Of a stretch of 64,000 nt of DNA, positions 17,540-28,668 are shown piece by piece. The position numbers were made by a program, and so were the translations under genes. Position 1 is the stretch's first letter. Every line of letters begins with the position of its first letter. The stretch spans positions 1 to 64,000 of the forward strand of contig CAVUWV010000020.1 of assembly GCA_963745075.1 (NCBI GenBank). Reading direction: 5' to 3'. The DNA is from Candidatus Hydrogenedentota bacterium (GTDB taxonomy: Bacteria > Hydrogenedentota > Hydrogenedentia > Hydrogenedentales > SLHB01). The notes below the pieces were generated by a model. The model was given only the letters and a program-made list of their open reading frames with translations, made no database searches and was not told the origin of the DNA.

Positions 17540-19117
17540 GTGAGCCAGCGAGTGCTTGCTCTTTCCATCGAGACCGCGAGCCCGAAGACGATCGAAGACG
17601 GATGCCGGTCCGGATATCTTCCAGCTATCCAAGAGCTGCGTGAACGGGGCGTTTGGGGAACCTTGGAGAGCGTGGCCAACATATCGAGTGGATCGATTTG
17701 GCCGTCCGCGTATACGGGGTGCACGCCGGCGAAGCACGGGATTGGCAACTTCCATATGCACCTCGTGAACGGAACGTATCATATTGACCGATACGGTCCA
17801 AACCACGTGATGCAACCGGCGCTTTGGGACTATCTGGGCAAAGCGGGAAAACGCGCGATCGTGGTGGACGTGCCCCTCTCGCGCCCTGATCCATCGATGA
17901 ACGGGATTATGATTTCTGCGTGGGGCGTCGAAGGGCCGGCGTGGAAACGGCAAAGTCACCCGCGGGAGCTGATGCGAGAACTGGATCGACGGTTCGGACG
18001 GTATCCGCTTCCTAACGATGATTACCGGCGAAGCATCCGAGCGACCGCGTTGGACAAGGTGCGTGAGATGCGCGAGATCCTGTTCGACGGTATGCGCTTG
18101 AAAACCCGTCTCCTTCAGCACCTTATGGACACGGAATCGTGGGATCTCTTCCTGGGCGTGTTTTCGGAGAGCCACTGGGCGGACCATGTGATGTATCACG
18201 TGGTGGATCCTTCTCACCCCGATTACCGGCCGGAGTTCGCGGAGGAATTCGGCGGGTTCTATGAAGAACTCTTTGCGCTGCAGGACGAGTGTATCGGCCG
18301 GTTGCTGGAGCGCGTCGACGATGACGTTACGGTGCTGGTGTTTTCCGCGTCGGGTGTGCGCCCGAGCTACTACGGGAATCACTTGCTCCCGGATGTGCTC
18401 GACCGGCTGGGGTTTGGCGCAGGAGAGGGCGGAATTCCGGACGACGCCAAAGGAACCGCATCGTCAAGATCCTGGAGCTATTACCGAATTCGACAGATTC
18501 AGGATACGGTTTCGACGCCCGTCATAATGACTCTCAAACGTCTCTTCCCCATGCGCTTCTGGGAGAAGTGGACCCGCCGTCTGATCTTCGCGCGGGAACG
18601 TTGGGCGGACAGCCGCGCGTTTTGCCTGCCCAATGATTACTGCGGGAGCATCCGGGTTAACCTCGAGGGCCGGGAACCGGCCGGGAAGGTAGCGGCCGCC
18701 GATTATGATGCCGTGTGCGATGCGCTTGCGCGTGAACTCCTGGATTTGGAAAACCCCGACAACGGCACGCCGGCGGTCGAGTCAGTCCTGAAACTTCGGG
18801 AGATGTACCAAGGTGAATACGTCGATCGGCTCCCGGATCTCTCGGTCGTATGGTCGGACAAATCGCCCATCTCGGCACTGAGGTCGGCGCGCATCGGCAC
18901 CGTCCGCGGGGAAAACCCGGAACGAAGGCCGGGGTCTCACAGCAATGAGGCGATGTTCGTGATGGCCGGGCCGGGGGTCGCGCAGCGAGATGAGGCCGCG
19001 CGGGCCCAAATTGTAGACCTTGCGCCGACGATACTCCGCGTATTGGGTTTAGAAAAACCCGAAAACATGGATGGCGAATGTTTCCCGTTCTTGGATGTGC
19101 CCACGTACGGACATTAA
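17540..19117 (+). CDS. Alkaline phosphatase superfamily (type I phosphodiesterase/nucleotide pyrophosphatase-like) protein
   Basis: WPSAYTGCTPAKHGI, NLEGREPAG and IVDLAPTIL motifs. Confidence 0.85.
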   Translation: MSQRVLALSIETASPKTIEDGCRSGYLPAIQELRERGVWGTLESVANISSGSIWPSAYTGCTPAKHGIGNFHMHLVNGTYHIDRYGPNHVMQPALWDYLGKAGKRAIVVDVPLSRPDPSMNGIMISAWGVEGPAWKRQSHPRELMRELDRRFGRYPLPNDDYRRSIRATALDKVREMREILFDGMRLKTRLLQHLMDTESWDLFLGVFSESHWADHVMYHVVDPSHPDYRPEFAEEFGGFYEELFALQDECIGRLLERVDDDVTVLVFSASGVRPSYYGNHLLPDVLDRLGFGAGEGGIPDDAKGTASSRSWSYYRIRQIQDTVSTPVIMTLKRLFPMRFWEKWTRRLIFARERWADSRAFCLPNDYCGSIRVNLEGREPAGKVAAADYDAVCDALARELLDLENPDNGTPAVESVLKLREMYQGEYVDRLPDLSVVWSDKSPISALRSARIGTVRGENPERRPGSHSNEAMFVMAGPGVAQRDEAARAQIVDLAPTILRVLGLEKPENMDGECFPFLDVPTYGH

Positions 19118-19239
19118 TGCCACGCCGGGGGACGCCGCAGGCCGCTGAGCCACGTGACTTGGCCCGACATCCTCCGTTATAATGCGGCGTTGCAGCACCG
19201 AGCGAATGGCTAGCCCAAAAGGAATCGAAAACGTCTTCT

Positions 19240-20073
19240 ATGATCAAACATATTCTGGTACCTACCGATGGAAGCGAACAAGCCGTACGCGGCGTTCGAT
19301 ATGCGGTGGCCGTCGCTAAACAATACGGCGCCAAGATTCATGGTTTGCATGTCATCGATCTGAAGCTGCTGGAAGGCCCCATCCTGCGCGATGTGTCGGC
19401 CTCGCTCGGAACCGCCCCCTATGCCAACTACGAGGGCAACATCAGCATGATCCTCGAGGAACGGGGCAAGGTCGCGTTGGAAGTCTGCGAGCGACTGGCA
19501 AACGAAGCGGGGGTGGACGTTGCAATCGAGAACGTGACCGGTTTGGTATCGCGCACGATCTTGGAAAAGAGTGAGTTGGTCGACCTGGTCGTAATGGGTC
19601 GCAGTGGTGAGCACAGTGAATGGCTGGAGGGCGTGCTTGGATCGACGACGGAGTCGGTGGTGCGCCGAACCACGCGACCGGTTCTGGTGACCGCACGGGA
19701 GACGCCGGGGCAGAATCGGTTTTTGATCGCGTACGACGGTTCGTCGCATGCGCGGAAAGCATTGAGTGTCGCGGCGGATGTCAGCGGCAGTTGGAATACG
19801 CCATTAGACGTGCTTGTTGCGGGAGAGGGTGGAAAAGCCGAGGCGACGCTGGGAGAAGCGCGAAATTATCTCGAACCTCACGAGTTAACCGTTCGCTATG
19901 TCTTGCGGGAGGGCGATCCGAGCGAAGTCATTGTGGCCTATGCGGAAGAGTCCAAGGCGGATTTGCTGGTAATGGGCGCCTACGGACACACCAAGGTGCG
20001 GGCACTTGTGGTGGGAAGCACGACGGCATACGCGATGAACCATGCGCCGTGCCCCCTTTTGCTGACCCGCTAG
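19240..20073 (+). CDS. Tandem-domain universal stress protein
   Basis: ILVPTDGS, LVVMG..LGSTTESV, AYDGS and MGAYGH..VGSTT motifs. Confidence 0.93.
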   Translation: MIKHILVPTDGSEQAVRGVRYAVAVAKQYGAKIHGLHVIDLKLLEGPILRDVSASLGTAPYANYEGNISMILEERGKVALEVCERLANEAGVDVAIENVTGLVSRTILEKSELVDLVVMGRSGEHSEWLEGVLGSTTESVVRRTTRPVLVTARETPGQNRFLIAYDGSSHARKALSVAADVSGSWNTPLDVLVAGEGGKAEATLGEARNYLEPHELTVRYVLREGDPSEVIVAYAEESKADLLVMGAYGHTKVRALVVGSTTAYAMNHAPCPLLLTR

Positions 20074-20100
20074 ATGCAACAGTAAAGGCTCAGGGAACCT

Positions 20101-20973
20101 ATGGAACCGATTCGTAATCTTGATCAAGTAATCGAACGGGTCGGCGATCTTCCCGCCATACCGGAGGTCGTAGCCGAGGTGTTACGGGCAACCGACGATC
20201 CGCTGGTTGACATGACGGATGTCACGGAGATAATCGAGCGCGATCCGGCGATGACGGCCAAGATACTGCGCATCAGCAATTCGCCGTACTACGGCATGAA
20301 ACAGTACGTGGGAACGCTGAAACTCGCCTTGGTGATTCTGGGGGTTCGGGAAGTGCGGAACATCGTCCTGGGGGTATCGGTATTCGATTCGCTCAAAGAC
20401 GGCAAGCACAACAAGCTCATACCGGATTCGTTTTGGGCGCATTCGTTCCTGGTTGGCGGCCTGTCCAAGCAGCTTGCCACGACCATGCGGCTGGGCATGC
20501 ACGGCGAGGCGTTCATTTCCGGATTGTTGCATGACATTGGGAAGTTGGTCCTGTTGCGGCAAATGCTTACGCCGTATGCCAAGCTTCTGGAAAACACGGG
20601 AAAGGACACGAGCGAACTGTGCGAGAAGGAACTCGCGCAATATGGATTTACGCACGCGGACGCGGCCGCGGCGTTGGCCGAACGCTGGAATTTTCCCAAG
20701 ACGCTGGCGGATGCGATTCATTTGCATCACGGGATGGAGAACCTGCATTTGTCGGACGCCAAAGACCCGAAGCTGGCGGCGGTCGTTCGGCTTGCCAACG
20801 CAGCGGCGTATCACGATTTTGAATCGGGTGAGAGCGACTTCGCGGAAAGCCAGGACGAAGAGATTTGGAATGCGCTTTCGGAGGTCCCGGCCCCGATTGA
20901 GCCGGCGGATCGGAGCCGGGTTTTGGGTGAACTGATAGTAGACCTCAAGGAGGCCCCGGCGCCTCAGTTTTGA
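20101..20973 (+). CDS. HDOD domain protein
   Basis: LPAIPEV, DPAMTAKILRISNS, GLLHDIGK and WNFP motifs. Confidence 0.92.
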   Translation: MEPIRNLDQVIERVGDLPAIPEVVAEVLRATDDPLVDMTDVTEIIERDPAMTAKILRISNSPYYGMKQYVGTLKLALVILGVREVRNIVLGVSVFDSLKDGKHNKLIPDSFWAHSFLVGGLSKQLATTMRLGMHGEAFISGLLHDIGKLVLLRQMLTPYAKLLENTGKDTSELCEKELAQYGFTHADAAAALAERWNFPKTLADAIHLHHGMENLHLSDAKDPKLAAVVRLANAAAYHDFESGESDFAESQDEEIWNALSEVPAPIEPADRSRVLGELIVDLKEAPAPQF

Positions 20974-21045
20974 TCGGAGCCGGCTGAGGCGACGAGCCGG
21001 CCGACCGGCGCGGGCCGCCTGTGTGACAAGGAGTTGAATCTTTCC

Positions 21046-21312
21046 ATGGCGAAGAAGGAACGCGTTCCCATACAACGGTCTGGGGATCTCGAAGCCATAG
21101 ACTTGGAGTTGGATGAAGCAATCGGCCGGTTGTCCGGCGCGAACGAGAAGATCGTAAATCTGCTGCAATCCATCGAATCGCCGGGAGAAGGCGGGGAAAC
21201 CAAAACGTACGCAGAGGAAGGATCCGGCGAAGGCGATTCCGATGACGAAACGCAGCATTCGCCCGAAGTCACGCTTGCAACGGAGACGGAATCGGAAGCC
21301 GATGACGCGTGA
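21046..21312 (+). CDS. Small acidic hypothetical protein
   Basis: AAGGAG upstream; helical N-terminus with an E/D/S/G-rich tail; fills the gap between genes on the same strand. Confidence 0.6.
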   Translation: MAKKERVPIQRSGDLEAIDLELDEAIGRLSGANEKIVNLLQSIESPGEGGETKTYAEEGSGEGDSDDETQHSPEVTLATETESEADDA

Positions 21313-21345
21313 CCTCACCTGCGGTCGGGTCCACACAATACTTCT

Positions 21346-22506
21346 TTGAAGAACCTGCCCCTCAAAATCCTAATTACCGACCCTCATCTCAAAGGCGGCG
21401 GACAAGTCCGCTACGTGACCAACCTGGCCCGGGAACTTGTTGCGCTGGGACATGAGGTTACGATCGGGTGCAAACCGGACAGCGTGTTGGTGGACGCGGC
21501 GCGTGAAGCGGGGTGCGCCGTATGTCGTTTGGCGTATCGCGGCGGGCTTCGGCCGAACGCATGGTGGAACGATCTGAGGCGCATGCGCCGATTCATTGCG
21601 ACGGAGAAGCCCGACATTCTCCACGCGAACGGATCGCAGGATCACTGGGTTAGCGCGATGGCGAACCGGTTGATGGGGTTTCCGGGTTGCATGGTACGAA
21701 CGCGCCACAACACGTACGCGGTGAAGGAGAATTGGGCGAACCGAAGGCTTAACTTGGCCTGGACCGACTATCAAATCGCGGTCTGTAAAGCAGTCTTTGA
21801 CCTTCGCGCCGGGCGGCCCGTGTTTGATGAAGATCGAATGTGCGTTATCCACAATGGGGTCGATCCGGATGCATTTCGTCCCCGCCCCCAAACACGGCGA
21901 AAGATGCGCGCCGAATTTGGATTCGGTGACGAATGCGTCGTGCTTGGAATGGCGGCCCGGTTGACGGTTGCCAAGGGCCACCGATTTCTCTTTGAAGCGG
22001 TGAACGCGCTCCGGGAACGGCACGGGAACCTTCGGCTGCTATTGCTGGGGCAAGGCGATCTCGAAAGGGAGTTGAAGGGCATGGCGACCGCACTGGGCCT
22101 GGCGGAGATTGTCACGTTTGCCGGATTCCGCAACGACATCGCCGACTGCGTGCAGGCATTCGATATCGGCGTGCAGCCGTCCATCGACTGCGAAGCATCG
22201 TCGTTCAGTGTGATGGAACAGATGGCCTCGGGAGTGCCGATTGTGGCGTCCGATCACGGGGGTACGAAAGAGATCGTGCGGGACGGTCAAGACGGGTACA
22301 TTGTGCCGCAAGGGACGGTGGAACCGCTTGCGGAGGCGCTGAACGAATTGATTGTCGTTCCGGAGAAGCGGGGGAACATGGGGGTGTCGGCGCGCCGGCG
22401 AATCGTGGATGAGTTTACGTTGACCAAACTTGCGGAGCGCACACTCGAAGCGTACCGTCGCGCGATCGAGATTCACGGCGCCCGCGGCTACACTGCTGTC
22501 TTGTGA
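21346..22506 (+). CDS. GT4 family glycosyltransferase
   Basis: GGGQV, HNGVD, KGH, GFRND and EASSFSVMEQMASGVP motifs. Confidence 0.92.
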   Translation: MKNLPLKILITDPHLKGGGQVRYVTNLARELVALGHEVTIGCKPDSVLVDAAREAGCAVCRLAYRGGLRPNAWWNDLRRMRRFIATEKPDILHANGSQDHWVSAMANRLMGFPGCMVRTRHNTYAVKENWANRRLNLAWTDYQIAVCKAVFDLRAGRPVFDEDRMCVIHNGVDPDAFRPRPQTRRKMRAEFGFGDECVVLGMAARLTVAKGHRFLFEAVNALRERHGNLRLLLLGQGDLERELKGMATALGLAEIVTFAGFRNDIADCVQAFDIGVQPSIDCEASSFSVMEQMASGVPIVASDHGGTKEIVRDGQDGYIVPQGTVEPLAEALNELIVVPEKRGNMGVSARRRIVDEFTLTKLAERTLEAYRRAIEIHGARGYTAVL

Positions 22507-23602
22507 AGATCCTTCACATTGACGAGCAGACCGGCTGGCGTGGCGGAGAGCAGCAGGCAAGTTACTTGATCCGTGGCCTTACCGCACGCGGCCATGCGTG
22601 TGCGATCGCGGGAAAGCCGGGGAGTCCGTTCATCACAGCGGACCATGGCGGCGACCTGCTGGCGCGAATTGAAGCGCCCTTTCGCGGTGAAATCGATCTC
22701 TGGTCGGCCTACCGATTGTCGCGTGCCGTTCGCAGTCTGGAAATCGATATCCTTCACGCACACACGAGCCATGCCTTGTCGTATGCCTGCCTTGCACGAT
22801 CCTTGGCCGGACGGGGACGGGTAGTCGGCTCGCGCCGGGTCGACTTTCCGCCGCGTTCGAACTGGTTCAGCCGATGGAAGTACGCCCAAGCGGACCGCGT
22901 GGTGGCGATTTCCCACTGCATTGCGGACGTTATGCGGACGTTTGGGGCGCCGGATTCGTCGCTGACAGTCGTACATAGCGGCATCGATCCAACCCGGATG
23001 GAACATCCCCTCCCCTTCCCCACTCCGCATTGGGGATTCCGGAGGGAGTTCCCCTCATCGGGAACACGGCTGCTTTGGTAGGACACAAAGACCAAGCGAC
23101 CTTAGTGTCGGCGATGGCGCGCGTGCTGGAGACTATGCCTGACGCGCATCTGGTCATAGCCGGGGAGGGGCCGTTGCGGGCGGCCTTGGAACGCCAAATT
23201 CAAGACCTGCAAATCCCGCACGCGGTCCACCTGCTGGGTTTTCGAAACGATGTGCCGCGCCTCTTGCGAGCACTCGATGTCTTCGTCATGTCGAGCAAGG
23301 AAGAAGGCTTGGGAACGTCCGTTCTGGATGCGATGGCGGCGGGCGTTCCGGTAGCGGCAACGGCCGCGGGCGGCATTCCAGAAATGGTCGCGCATGAAAA
23401 GACGGGGCTGTTGTCGCCGGTGGCGGACGCGAAATCGCTGGCTTCGAATGTCCTGCGGCTGATTCGTGAGACCGACCTACGCCGCTCAATAACCAACGGG
23501 GCCTCGGCCCGGCTTCAGACGCAGTTCGTCGTAGACCGCATGGTGGAAGGCAACCTTGCGGTGTATAGTGCACTGATGGGTAATGGTGTGCGGTCAGATT
23601 AG
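22503..23602 (+). pseudogene. GT4 glycosyltransferase split by a frameshift near 23005-23029
   Basis: N-half (WRGGEQQ...VHSGID) and C-half (HKDQ...EGLGTSVLDAMAAG) lie in different frames, joined at a C-rich tract. May be a sequencing error. Confidence 0.8.
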
Positions 23603-24215
23603 CCCGGATTCCTCTCGCACACCGTCCGTCGGGGACGTAACTTCCACTCGATTCAATCCTTGCGGTAAGAGTGGGTGTCTTTTGAGTTTACGTGGTACGG
23701 GTGAAGAATCTGCAACAATGCTGCGTTCCTCGCAGAATTTTCACCGGCGAGGCATCCGTTTCCTGGCCGAGACGACAGGTGTTTTTGATGCGGGTGGCGA
23801 GGCCGGCGCAACCGGCGTGCTGCACGAGCCGGTAGAAAAGCATTCTTCGCGATCGGGACGGCCTCCTTGTTCGCCGCGACGCCCCCGTTTCGGCCTGGCG
23901 GCCACACGACCCCGTACCTCTGCATAACTTCGATCAGTCCGTGGAGCCGTTCGCGCACCGGTTCGATCTTGGCGCGCCGTAACCGGTGCAATCAGGTTTA
24001 ATTCTATTCTATCTTGACGGAGCATTCTTGTGTCTCAAAAGGTGAACGTGGTATATTGGCGCCATTGTTTTTCGAGTGCGTTTCCCTTCTCGACCTACAA
24101 TGGTGAAGGGCCTTGATGAAGTTTATTCTGGGAAGTGAAACCACGAGATATTGGTTCTGGGAAAACCGTATTTGGTTGCTTGTAGTGAGGTTACAATCCC
24201 AAGGGAGAAATCGAA

Positions 24216-24452
24216 ATGCTTAAGAAAATTTTCGCGCTTGTGTTCGTTGGTGTGGTAGCGGTCGGCGGCTTCGGGTGTGGCGGCGGAGGCGAGAAGGGGA
24301 GTGACAAGGCTGAGGTCGCTACCCAAATGACGCCCTTGGATCAGAATCCCAGCTTGCAAGAAGCGGTGCGCGCGGAGGCGGCGGGCGAACGCCTCTCCGG
24401 CAGTCAGGAGAGAATGCTTAAAGACGCACGCAAACAAGGCGTTATCGAGTAG
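24216..24452 (+). CDS. Small lipoprotein
   Basis: MLKK, hydrophobic stretch and GFGC lipobox-like motif; AAGGGAG RBS. Confidence 0.7.
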   Translation: MLKKIFALVFVGVVAVGGFGCGGGGEKGSDKAEVATQMTPLDQNPSLQEAVRAEAAGERLSGSQERMLKDARKQGVIE

Positions 24453-25187
24453 TCCCATTTTCCGTGACAATACCCCCATGGCGGTACAATCGACGCGATA
24501 GCTCGGACCCGACGGTGGTCTGGAGCGGGTGAATTTTGCTTCGTATCGGCCCGCAACGCCAAGAGCGGGGCAATTGGGGCCTACGGTCATCGGAGAGGGA
24601 ATTGGCGCGAAGTTACAATCTGGCCTTCTCTGGTTTGTTGTTTATTACACACCAGAGAAGGCCAATTATGTTGATGTGGCCCGAGTAGATTGTCCACAGA
24701 CAGGATGAAATCTCGAAGGCCAAGAGTAAGGCTTCGCGGATTGCAGCGTGGTACATTGTTTCGGCAATCCGGACCCCGAACGGGCCAAGCGGCCGGGATG
24801 ACAATGGGGTGAGCGGACCCGTATTGTCTTTGGCCGGGCACATTCCGGCGGCGCACGGTTTGGAAAGCGCGTTTCAGGCATCGAAGCCAAGCAAGTTGAA
24901 GAAGGGATCACGTAACAGCACGCTTCCGAGGCGTTGCGTGGAGAATCATCGAATTGGGTTGCCGGTTGGCCGCGCTGGAGGGTAAGGGGGGCTACCGGGA
25001 ACAGGCTTTACAAATACGATTCGCTATACCATTTCACCAAAAGGACCCGCGAATGGCGGGCCGTCGAACGCTCGGCTGTTATCCCCCGTGAAAACCCCAT
25101 TGCACGGTCATGCTACCCCTTCCGTACACGCTCTTAGAGCGATTTGCACCCTCAAGTAAACGCCACCCTGCTGCCCCGGGCGCACAT

Positions 25188-25227
25188 AAAAGAAGCGTGG
25201 AAGGCACCTATAGGTACCTTCCACGCT
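25188..25227 (-). terminator. Rho-independent terminator for the DUF1559 gene
   Basis: agcgtggaagg...ccttccacgct stem followed by TCTTTT on the minus strand. Confidence 0.75.
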
Positions 25228-25281
25228 GACAAGTTTTCAGATTAGAAGACGAGCCGTTGCCCGACTTCGATTCTGAATGAA

Positions 25282-26277
25282 TTACCAAGCTGTCGCGTCG
25301 CCACTAATTTCCTTATCCAACGACGTTTTGGTCATCGGCCAGGTCGAGGCAGAGAATTCAGCCGGGTACCGAACGAAGGTGACGTGACCATCCATGTACA
25401 GGATGTTGCTGCCACCCGGAAGGTGGTTGAACAAGTCCGCACGAACCGACGCCGTGTGGGGCGGTCCAGGGCACGTTTCATCGTACAGCGTTCCGCTGTT
25501 GCTCATGGCCATGTCATACATCACAACGACTTCGGTCTGGGCTTTCGCCGAACCGGCCGGGTTGTTGATGTCCGTGATCAGGAAACGCTCGACACCTTCC
25601 CGAAGATGCAGGAAGGTGATCGAGGGAAATTCCGGAGCCGTCAGACCAAGGTTCACCTTGAGGTCGCTGAATCCGTCCGTCTGCTTCAAACCAGCGTCGC
25701 CGACCGTTCCGTCGCCTTCGCCGTAGAACGCCTGCAGCACGCGGTGGTTGGTTTCGTGCTGGACCATCCAGTCTTTGCGGAACAGCTTGGACAGGTACAG
25801 ATAGCTGGAGATTTCGGCGTCGATGAACTTGAAACCGCCCCAATCCGGCGACGCATCAAGCAACATCTCATCCGTCGAGGTCGGAAGCACGCCATCGGCC
25901 TGCCCCGGCAGGTTGTACCAGGACATGATGCCCGGGTCCGACGGGCAGACGTACAGCATGCCGTCCGTCAGGTATTCCGGATACACGCAATGACCGTCAA
26001 CACCGCCGACCGGCCACAGCGCCTCAGTTGGATCGTCCGGTCCGCCGTCCATGGAGTCGGAACTCCACCAACGCTGGTTGGCCGGCCACTTTTCGCCGTC
26101 GGCCTCGTTGGCGTACATTTTGCACACAATACCCCATTGCTTGAGGTTGTTCTGGCAGCTCGCACGGCGGGCCGCTTCACGGGCGCGTGCCAACGCAGGC
26201 AACAAAATCGCCGCGAGAATGCCGATGATCGCGATCACGACCAGCAACTCGATGAGCGTAAAACCTTTTTTCTTCAT
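25282..26277 (-). CDS. Prepilin-type N-terminal cleavage/methylation domain protein (DUF1559, H-X9-DG)
   Basis: [48 protein letters not shown]-terminal [17 protein letters not shown]. Confidence 0.93.
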   Translation of the reverse strand: MKKKGFTLIELLVVIAIIGILAAILLPALARAREAARRASCQNNLKQWGIVCKMYANEADGEKWPANQRWWSSDSMDGGPDDPTEALWPVGGVDGHCVYPEYLTDGMLYVCPSDPGIMSWYNLPGQADGVLPTSTDEMLLDASPDWGGFKFIDAEISSYLYLSKLFRKDWMVQHETNHRVLQAFYGEGDGTVGDAGLKQTDGFSDLKVNLGLTAPEFPSITFLHLREGVERFLITDINNPAGSAKAQTEVVVMYDMAMSNSGTLYDETCPGPPHTASVRADLFNHLPGGSNILYMDGHVTFVRYPAEFSASTWPMTKTSLDKEISGDATAW

Positions 26278-26553
26278 GAGATAAGTTCTCCTCGTTACTT
26301 CATGATTAGTGATGAAGTACAATAATACCGTCTGTTCGCAGTGAACACACAAGGAATACAGGAATGTATTGGGGCAGGGCAAATCGCGTTGTTTTTTCGA
26401 ACGCCTTTCCCTCTCGACACCCCTTAGCAACCACCTCCTTCCATACGACACACGTTACTTGCTATGATGCTGGAGTTTCCCGAAGACGGAACGCACCACG
26501 CACGTATTGTACTGTCATTTCAGCCCAAATCAGAAGGATCATATCTCCGTCGT

Positions 26554-26589
26554 TTGTCCACTGTAGGACAACCGATGCCAAGTTGTCAA
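26554..26589 (-). promoter_or_regulatory. Sigma70-like promoter (TTGACA-N18-TACAGT) overlapped by TTGTC/GACAA inverted repeats
   Basis: Minus-strand -35 at 26584-26589 and -10 at 26560-26565; inverted repeats ttgtcc-N6-ggacaa and gacaac-N9-gttgtc. Confidence 0.5.
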
Positions 26590-26769
26590 GTCTTTTTTTG
26601 CGTCCTTTTTTGGCGTTCCTTGTAGGCGTTCAGGTTTTCGCTCTGGTTGGGAAATGCTTGATCGTTAGGCGGCTGCCGTCGTATATATCGACCCTTCCTG
26701 TATCTCGGGAAATCATGGCAAGCGGCGGAGGCGAGGGTTCGCCCCACCGCATTAAGGTTGCGTGAATAA

Positions 26770-28668
26770 ATGAGTTACATTCGACTTGAGAATATTTCCA
26801 AAGCGTTCGCCGGGGAGCCGATTCTCCGGGAGGTCACGCTTCGTGTGGAAGACGGGGAGAAGATTGGGCTTATCGGGCGAAACGGCACGGGAAAAAGTAC
26901 GCTTTTCCGACTCATCATGGGGGAATTCGAGGCCGATTCGGGGACCATTGAACGAATGAAGCGGGCGCGACTGGCTTGTCTGGCGCAGATGCCGGAGCTG
27001 GACCCGAAGGATACGCTGTTTGACGTGGTCATGCGCACGTTTTCCGATCTGCTGGAGATGGAACACCGGCTTCGCGATTTGGAGGAACGCCTTGGCGATG
27101 GTGACGAGGCAGTCTTGCACCAGTACAGCGAGCTTCAGGACGCCTTTCACGTGCGCGGGGGCTACGAGTTTCGCACGCGGGCCAAGCGAGTCCTTCATGG
27201 TCTTGGATTCTCGACGCAGGACTTCGACCTCCATGTTTCGGCCCTTAGCGGAGGGCAGCGGACGCGGTTGATGCTGGCACTGGTGCTGCTCCAGGACGCC
27301 GATCTTCTGTTGTTGGATGAACCGGAGAATCACCTGGATCTCGAGGCGCGGGAGTGGCTGGAAGGGTTCCTCAAGGACTGGCCGCGGGCATTCGTCATAA
27401 TTTCGCACGACCGGCAAATGCTGAACGCGGTGACAAACCGGATCGTGGAGGTTGAACGAGGCGGGTTGAATTCGTTTACGGGCAATTACGACGGCTACCT
27501 GGCAAACAAAGCCCTTCAGCAGGAGCAACAGCAAAAGGCTTTCGAACGGCAGCAGGAGTTCATCGAAAAGGAAGAGCAGTGGATCGATCGGTTCCGATAC
27601 AAGGCGACGAAGGCATCCCAAGTCCAGAGCCGGATTAAGCGGCTGGAAAAGCTGGAGCGGGTCCCGGCGCCGGGTCGTGATATTTCGCCGGCGCGTTTTT
27701 CGCTCGGCGAAGTGGTGCGGAGCGGCGCCATCGTGTTGGCCGCGGAGGGACTCGCGAAGGGGTATGGCGACCTGCGCTTGTACGAGGATGTCGCCTTTCA
27801 GGTGGAGCGGGGCGAGCGGGTGGGCATCATCGGGCCGAACGGCACGGGAAAGACAACGCTGTTACGGCAGCTCGCGGGGACGCTGGACGACGCGACCGGG
27901 ACCGTTTCGTTGGGGCACAAGGTTCGTTTGGGGTACTACGACCAGCACCATGAGGGGATGAATCCTGCGAGCGATATCTTTACGGAAATCAGCCAGGCGA
28001 GGCCGGAACTGACGCCGGAGCAGGTGCGTACGTTCCTGGGCCGTTTTTTGTTCACCGGCGAGGAAGTATTCAAGCCGATTCGCGCGTTGAGCGGCGGAGA
28101 ACGGAGCCGGGTTGCCATCGCAAAGCTGATCCTCGAAGGGGCCAACGTGTTGCTGCTGGACGAGCCGACAAACCATTTGGATATTGCTTCGCGGGAAGCG
28201 CTGGAATCGGCGTTGGAGGCGTTTCCAGGCAGCCTGGTGATGGTATCCCACGATCGCGCGCTGATCGATCGGCTGGTTACGAAGCTAATTGTCCTGGAGG
28301 GTGGACGCGCCGCGGTGCATCTGGGGAACTACTCGGATTACCGGTGGAAACGGGCGGAATCCGCGGCGGTTGAAGCGGAGCGCGCTTCAACGGAAGACGT
28401 ATTGAAGATCCGGCGCGGCACGAAACCGGCGTCTGACAAAGCGACGCAAAAGGATCGGCGGAAGCGGCGAAATCGGTTGGAGGATATCGAGCGCGACATC
28501 GCCGAAATCGAGGAAATGGTGGCATCGATCGAGGGCAGGTTCCCGTCGTTAGACCCTGCGGACTTTGGGACCGCTCAGGAACTAAAGACGGAATACGACG
28601 GGCTCAAGGCCGACCTCGGCGAGATGTATGCGGAGTGGGAACGACTGGCGGAAGGACTTGCGGAGTAG
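26770..28668 (+). CDS. ABC-F family ATP-binding protein
   Basis: Two ABC cassettes (GRNGTGKS/LSGGQ/LLDEPENHLD; GPNGTGKT/LSGGE/LLDEPTNHLD), no TM segments, C-terminal coiled coil. Confidence 0.95.
   Translation: MSYIRLENISKAFAGEPILREVTLRVEDGEKIGLIGRNGTGKSTLFRLIMGEFEADSGTIERMKRARLACLAQMPELDPKDTLFDVVMRTFSDLLEMEHRLRDLEERLGDGDEAVLHQYSELQDAFHVRGGYEFRTRAKRVLHGLGFSTQDFDLHVSALSGGQRTRLMLALVLLQDADLLLLDEPENHLDLEAREWLEGFLKDWPRAFVIISHDRQMLNAVTNRIVEVERGGLNSFTGNYDGYLANKALQQEQQQKAFERQQEFIEKEEQWIDRFRYKATKASQVQSRIKRLEKLERVPAPGRDISPARFSLGEVVRSGAIVLAAEGLAKGYGDLRLYEDVAFQVERGERVGIIGPNGTGKTTLLRQLAGTLDDATGTVSLGHKVRLGYYDQHHEGMNPASDIFTEISQARPELTPEQVRTFLGRFLFTGEEVFKPIRALSGGERSRVAIAKLILEGANVLLLDEPTNHLDIASREALESALEAFPGSLVMVSHDRALIDRLVTKLIVLEGGRAAVHLGNYSDYRWKRAESAAVEAERASTEDVLKIRRGTKPASDKATQKDRRKRRNRLEDIERDIAEIEEMVASIEGRFPSLDPADFGTAQELKTEYDGLKADLGEMYAEWERLAEGLAE

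Noticed and set aside
23653..23991. 112-aa minus-strand ORF in a gene-poor gap
   Set aside because: No recognisable motif, low-complexity Arg-rich tail and no clear RBS, so it cannot be supported.
24690..24698. TTGTCCACA DnaA-box-like 9-mer
   Set aside because: Isolated, with no box cluster, unwinding element or dnaA/dnaN context.
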